In this document: in pieces, positions 35,437 through 38,308 of the stretch
Position numbering within the stretch: position 1 is the first letter of the stretch
How the letters are laid out: each line of letters begins with the position of its first letter
Assembly: GCA_038214755.1 (NCBI GenBank)
Contig: JBBQRQ010000047.1
Coordinates: 1-38,308 of the forward strand
Source of the DNA: Verrucomicrobiota bacterium
GTDB taxonomy: Bacteria > Verrucomicrobiota > Verrucomicrobiia > Limisphaerales > CANJXF01
DNA length: 38,308 nucleotides
Direction: 5' to 3'
The notes under the pieces: generated by a model
What the model was told of the DNA's origin: nothing
Databases searched by the model: none
What the model saw: only the letters and a program-made list of their open reading frames with translations
Translations under genes and position numbers: made by a program

Positions 35437-36600
35437 ATGAGCAATTCCCTTCGCGCTGAAACCGCCGTCAAAGAACGTTACGCCGCCGCAGCGAAAAAAC
35501 CGGAAGCAGCGCTCTGCTGTCCCGTCGAATACGAACCGGAATATCTCGAAATAATTCCGCAGGAAATCATCGAGAAAGATTACGGCTGCGGCAATCCGGC
35601 GAAATATTTGAAGCCCGGCGAAACCGTGCTCGATCTCGGTTCCGGCTGTGGAAAAATTTGTTTTATCGCCGCGCAGGTCGTCGGCGCGGCCGGCAAAGTT
35701 ATCGGCGTGGACATGACTGATGAAATGCTGGAAGTCGCGCGACGCAATGCGCCGATTGTTGCGGAGCGGCTCGGTTACGCGAATGTCGAGTTTCGCCGAG
35801 GTCGCATTCAAGATTTAGCCCTCGATTTGGAAAAGCTCGATGCTGATTTGCGGCAGAATCCAATTGCGAACGCCGCTTCATTTCTCGCTGCGGACGAACG
35901 CGCTGAAGAATTGCGCATCACCCATCCGCTTATTGCGAGTGATTCCACTGACGTGGTCGTTTCCAACTGCGTCTTGAATTTGGTCGAAGCGAAATCGAAA
36001 CGGCAACTCTTCGATGAAATTTTTCGCGTGCTGAAACGCGGCGGACGCGCCGTGATTTCCGACATCGTTTCCGATGAAGAAATCCCGGCGGATTTGCAAA
36101 ACGATTCGACACTTTGGAGCGGCTGCATTTCCGGCGCGTTGACGGAAGAAAGATTTTTGAAAGCATTTGCTGGCGCGGGTTTTTATGGCATTCAGATTTT
36201 GAAGCGCGATGAAAAGCCGTGGCAAACGGTGGAGGGAATCGAGTTTCGCTCCGTGACGGTTCAAGCATTCAAAGGCAAGCAAGGCGCGTGCTTCGAGCGC
36301 AATCAGGCCGTGATTTATCTCGGCCCGTTTCAAGAAATTTTGGACGACGACGGCCATCGCATGGAACGCGGCAAACGCTACGCGGTTTGCGACAAGACCT
36401 TTCAACTCTACAAAAAAGAGCCTTTCAAAAATTACTTCGCGTTCATTGAGCCGCTGACTGAAATCCCTTCCGCCGAAGCAAAACCGTTTGATTGTTCGCG
36501 CACAAGTTTTCGGCATCCCCACGAAACTAAAGGACTGGATTACACCGTCACGACTGACGCGAGCCAATGCTGCGACGGCGGAAATGGAAATTGCTGCTGA
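35437..36600 (+). CDS. Arsenite methyltransferase-like SAM-dependent methyltransferase (long form)
   Basis: LCCP, DYGCGNP, VLDLGSG.G, GVDMTDEML..AR, SNCVLNL, WSGCISGA; C-terminal extension ending CCDGGNGNCC. Confidence 0.85.
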   Translation: MSNSLRAETAVKERYAAAAKKPEAALCCPVEYEPEYLEIIPQEIIEKDYGCGNPAKYLKPGETVLDLGSGCGKICFIAAQVVGAAGKVIGVDMTDEMLEVARRNAPIVAERLGYANVEFRRGRIQDLALDLEKLDADLRQNPIANAASFLAADERAEELRITHPLIASDSTDVVVSNCVLNLVEAKSKRQLFDEIFRVLKRGGRAVISDIVSDEEIPADLQNDSTLWSGCISGALTEERFLKAFAGAGFYGIQILKRDEKPWQTVEGIEFRSVTVQAFKGKQGACFERNQAVIYLGPFQEILDDDGHRMERGKRYAVCDKTFQLYKKEPFKNYFAFIEPLTEIPSAEAKPFDCSRTSFRHPHETKGLDYTVTTDASQCCDGGNGNCC

Positions 36601-36602
36601 AC

Positions 36603-37547
36603 ATGAATCGTTTCGACGAAAAACTTTCCGCGCACCATCTCGTACTGCGCCGCGCAAAATTGCAGACGCTGCAAATCAATGTCGGGCGCAAATGCAATCA
36701 GGCGTGTCGCCATTGTCACGTGGACGCTGGGCCGTGGCGCACCGAGATGATTGACGAAACAACGGCGCATCGCATCGGCGAGTGGATTGAAAAATTCCGT
36801 CCGGAAATTGTGGACATCACGGGCGGCGCGCCGGAGTTGAGCGAATTTTTTAAATACTTCGTGGAGACAGCGCGCGGTGCGGGTTGTCACATCATTGACC
36901 GAAATAATCTCACCATCATCGAAGAAAAAAATTTCAGCTGGCTGCCGGAATACTTGGTTGAACACGACGTGGAAGTCATCGCGTCGCTTCCGTGCTACTC
37001 CAAGGAAAATGTGAACAAGCAGCGTGGAAATGGCGTTTTTGAAAAAAGCATTTCGGCGCTAAAAAAATTAAACGCGGTCGGATACGGAAAAACATTTCCC
37101 CTCCATTTGGTTTACAATCCGCTCGGCGCGAATCTGCCTGGACCGCAAGCTGAGTTGGAAGCCGATTACAAAGAAGTTTTGCTCCGCGATTTCGGCATCA
37201 CGTTCAACAATTTGTTTGTCATCACCAATCAGCCGATTGCCCGCTTTGCCGAAGATTTGCGGCAGCAAGGCAAGTGGGACGAATACCTTGAGTTGCTCGC
37301 CAACAGTTTCAATCCAGCCACAGTGGAAAATGTGATGTGCCGCTCGACGTTGAGCGTCGGCTATCGTGGAGAGATTTACGATTGCGATTTCAACCAGATG
37401 TTCGGAATGCAATTGCAAAATGGAAAACCACTTTACCTTTGGGACGTTACGCCCGACGACCTCTTGAACAGGCCGATTGCAACAGGCATTCATTGTCTTG
37501 CCTGCACCGCCGGATGCGGCAGCAGTTGCACCGGCGCTCTGAATTAA
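36603..37547 (+). CDS. arsS: Radical SAM enzyme, ArsS-like (arsenosugar biosynthesis, Cys-rich tail)
   Basis: LQINVGRKCNQACRHCHVDAGP, DITGGAPEL, ASLPCY, MCRS, YDCDFNQM, HCLACTAGCGSSC. Confidence 0.88.
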   Translation: MNRFDEKLSAHHLVLRRAKLQTLQINVGRKCNQACRHCHVDAGPWRTEMIDETTAHRIGEWIEKFRPEIVDITGGAPELSEFFKYFVETARGAGCHIIDRNNLTIIEEKNFSWLPEYLVEHDVEVIASLPCYSKENVNKQRGNGVFEKSISALKKLNAVGYGKTFPLHLVYNPLGANLPGPQAELEADYKEVLLRDFGITFNNLFVITNQPIARFAEDLRQQGKWDEYLELLANSFNPATVENVMCRSTLSVGYRGEIYDCDFNQMFGMQLQNGKPLYLWDVTPDDLLNRPIATGIHCLACTAGCGSSCTGALN

Positions 37548-37569
37548 AATGAGACCTCTGCAAAGCAGC

Positions 37570-37644
37570 GTAGGCGGCGTCTCGGCAGAGCGCCGTGAAT
37601 GGTGGAAACGCGAAGAAAACGGCGCTCTGCCGAGACGCAACGAC
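37570..37644. repeat. REP-like doublet, family D
   Basis: GTAG end; GCGTCTCGGCAGAGCGCCG ... CGGCGCTCTGCCGAGACGC perfect 19-bp inverted arms. Confidence 0.75.
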
Positions 37645-37677
37645 ACCCGATCAAGCCTTTTTCAAAGATCTCTGAAT

Positions 37678-38235
37678 ATGAAAAAAATAACAGCGCTCGC
37701 ATTACTTCTCATCCTCACGGGATGGGCAACCATTCAAGCCGCAACTCCACCCGAAGTGGGAAGCGCCGCTCCGAACTTCAAACTCAACACACTCGACGGC
37801 AAATCGGTTGAGTTGAAGCAACTCGTGAACAAGAAACCGGTGGTGCTCGTCGTGTTGCGCGGTTGGCCGGGTTATCAATGCCCGCTTTGCACGAGGCAGG
37901 TGCAGGATTTCGTCAAGCACGCCGACGAGTTCGCGCAACTGGCGCAAGTCGTGATGGTCTATCCGGGGCCAAGTGAAAATCTCAAAGCGCACGCAGAGGA
38001 ATTTCTTCGTGATAAAAATTGGCCGAAAGATTTTTTGTTCGTGACGGACCCCGATTACACATTCACCGGCCAATACGGCTTGCGCTGGAAGGCCGAGAAG
38101 GAAACGGCGTATCCCTCAACGTTCGTCCTAAATAAAAATGGCAAAATAAAATTCGCGCATGTGAGCAAAGGTCACGGTGACCGCATCTCCGCCGCCGCTG
38201 TGTTGAAGGCGCTGAAGGAACGAAATGAAAACTAA
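37678..38235 (+). CDS. Secreted AhpC/TSA (peroxiredoxin-like) thioredoxin-fold protein
   Basis: Signal peptide MKKITALALL..., VGSAAPNFKL, RGWPGYQCPLC, YPSTFVL. Confidence 0.85.
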   Translation: MKKITALALLLILTGWATIQAATPPEVGSAAPNFKLNTLDGKSVELKQLVNKKPVVLVVLRGWPGYQCPLCTRQVQDFVKHADEFAQLAQVVMVYPGPSENLKAHAEEFLRDKNWPKDFLFVTDPDYTFTGQYGLRWKAEKETAYPSTFVLNKNGKIKFAHVSKGHGDRISAAAVLKALKERNEN

Positions 38236-38308
38236 AAAATGCATCGTGAGCTTTTCGCTCCTGATGTTTTTCCTCGGACATTTTGCGAATGTGGGACGGG
38301 CAGAAAAT
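38225..38308 (+). CDS. 5' end of a probable secreted protein, cut by the window edge
   Basis: MKTKKCIVSFSLLMFFLGHFANVGRAEN... is signal-peptide-like, overlaps the previous stop and is open to the window end. Confidence 0.45.
   Translation, partial: MKTKKCIVSFSLLMFFLGHFANVGRAEN

Noticed and set aside
36592..37547. Selenocysteine in the ArsM tail (TGC TGC TGA) or the ArsS C-terminus
   Set aside because: The ArsM TGA is followed by ACA TGA and the arsS start, so read-through is implausible. The ArsS tail uses ordinary Cys codons (SSC = AGC AGT TGC).
37551..37672. Second MITE-type shell around REP family D (GAGACCTCTGCAAAG / GAGATCTTTGAAAAA)
   Set aside because: Only 11/15 inverted match, single copy in the window and no clear TSD.
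37549..37677. N-terminal extension of the redoxin ORF (likewise the ORF-track extensions at 6546, 15119, 16054, 34182 and 25107)
   Set aside because: These extensions translate repeat or overlapping sequence; better starts with signal peptides or family-typical N-termini lie downstream.

Overview
Bacterial chromosomal DNA, probably Verrucomicrobiota (Pedosphaera/Limisphaerales-like). This is inferred from a PVC-type haem-binding dehydrogenase and a secreted protein with a C-terminal '...FYR' domain. All family calls come from motif recognition by eye; no search was run. 1-9 kb: housekeeping genes (response regulator, Uma2, M48 and S41 peptidases, LarE, LolD-like ATPase) interspersed with REP-like palindromes, several enclosed in a MITE-like shell with GGGTGTGATT ends and 9-bp target duplications. 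9-13.4 kb: sugar/aminosugar enzymes interrupted by two toxin-antitoxin-like pairs. 13.4-21.9 kb: a type I-like R-M locus (M-S fusion ... HsdR) with three accessory modules stacked between hsdS and hsdR (Y1 transposase unit; ABC ATPase + DUF4276-like; RhuM), separated by diverged copies of the hsdS 3' end and hsdR 5' end. 22-31 kb: PVC dehydrogenase, MazF-type TA, two amidohydrolases, DUF433 with a truncated PIN toxin, mtnA, TPR protein, HpnA-like epimerase. 31-38.3 kb: an arsenosugar-type cluster (two glycosyltransferases, ArsM-like methyltransferase, ArsS-like radical SAM) containing a DUF692/MNIO RiPP module with a six-Cys, possibly lipid-anchored precursor. The best candidates for undescribed systems are the integrase-free cassette array in the R-M locus, the MNIO-RiPP/arsenic cluster and the REP-carrying MITEs. 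No rRNA, tRNA or CRISPR array was seen.
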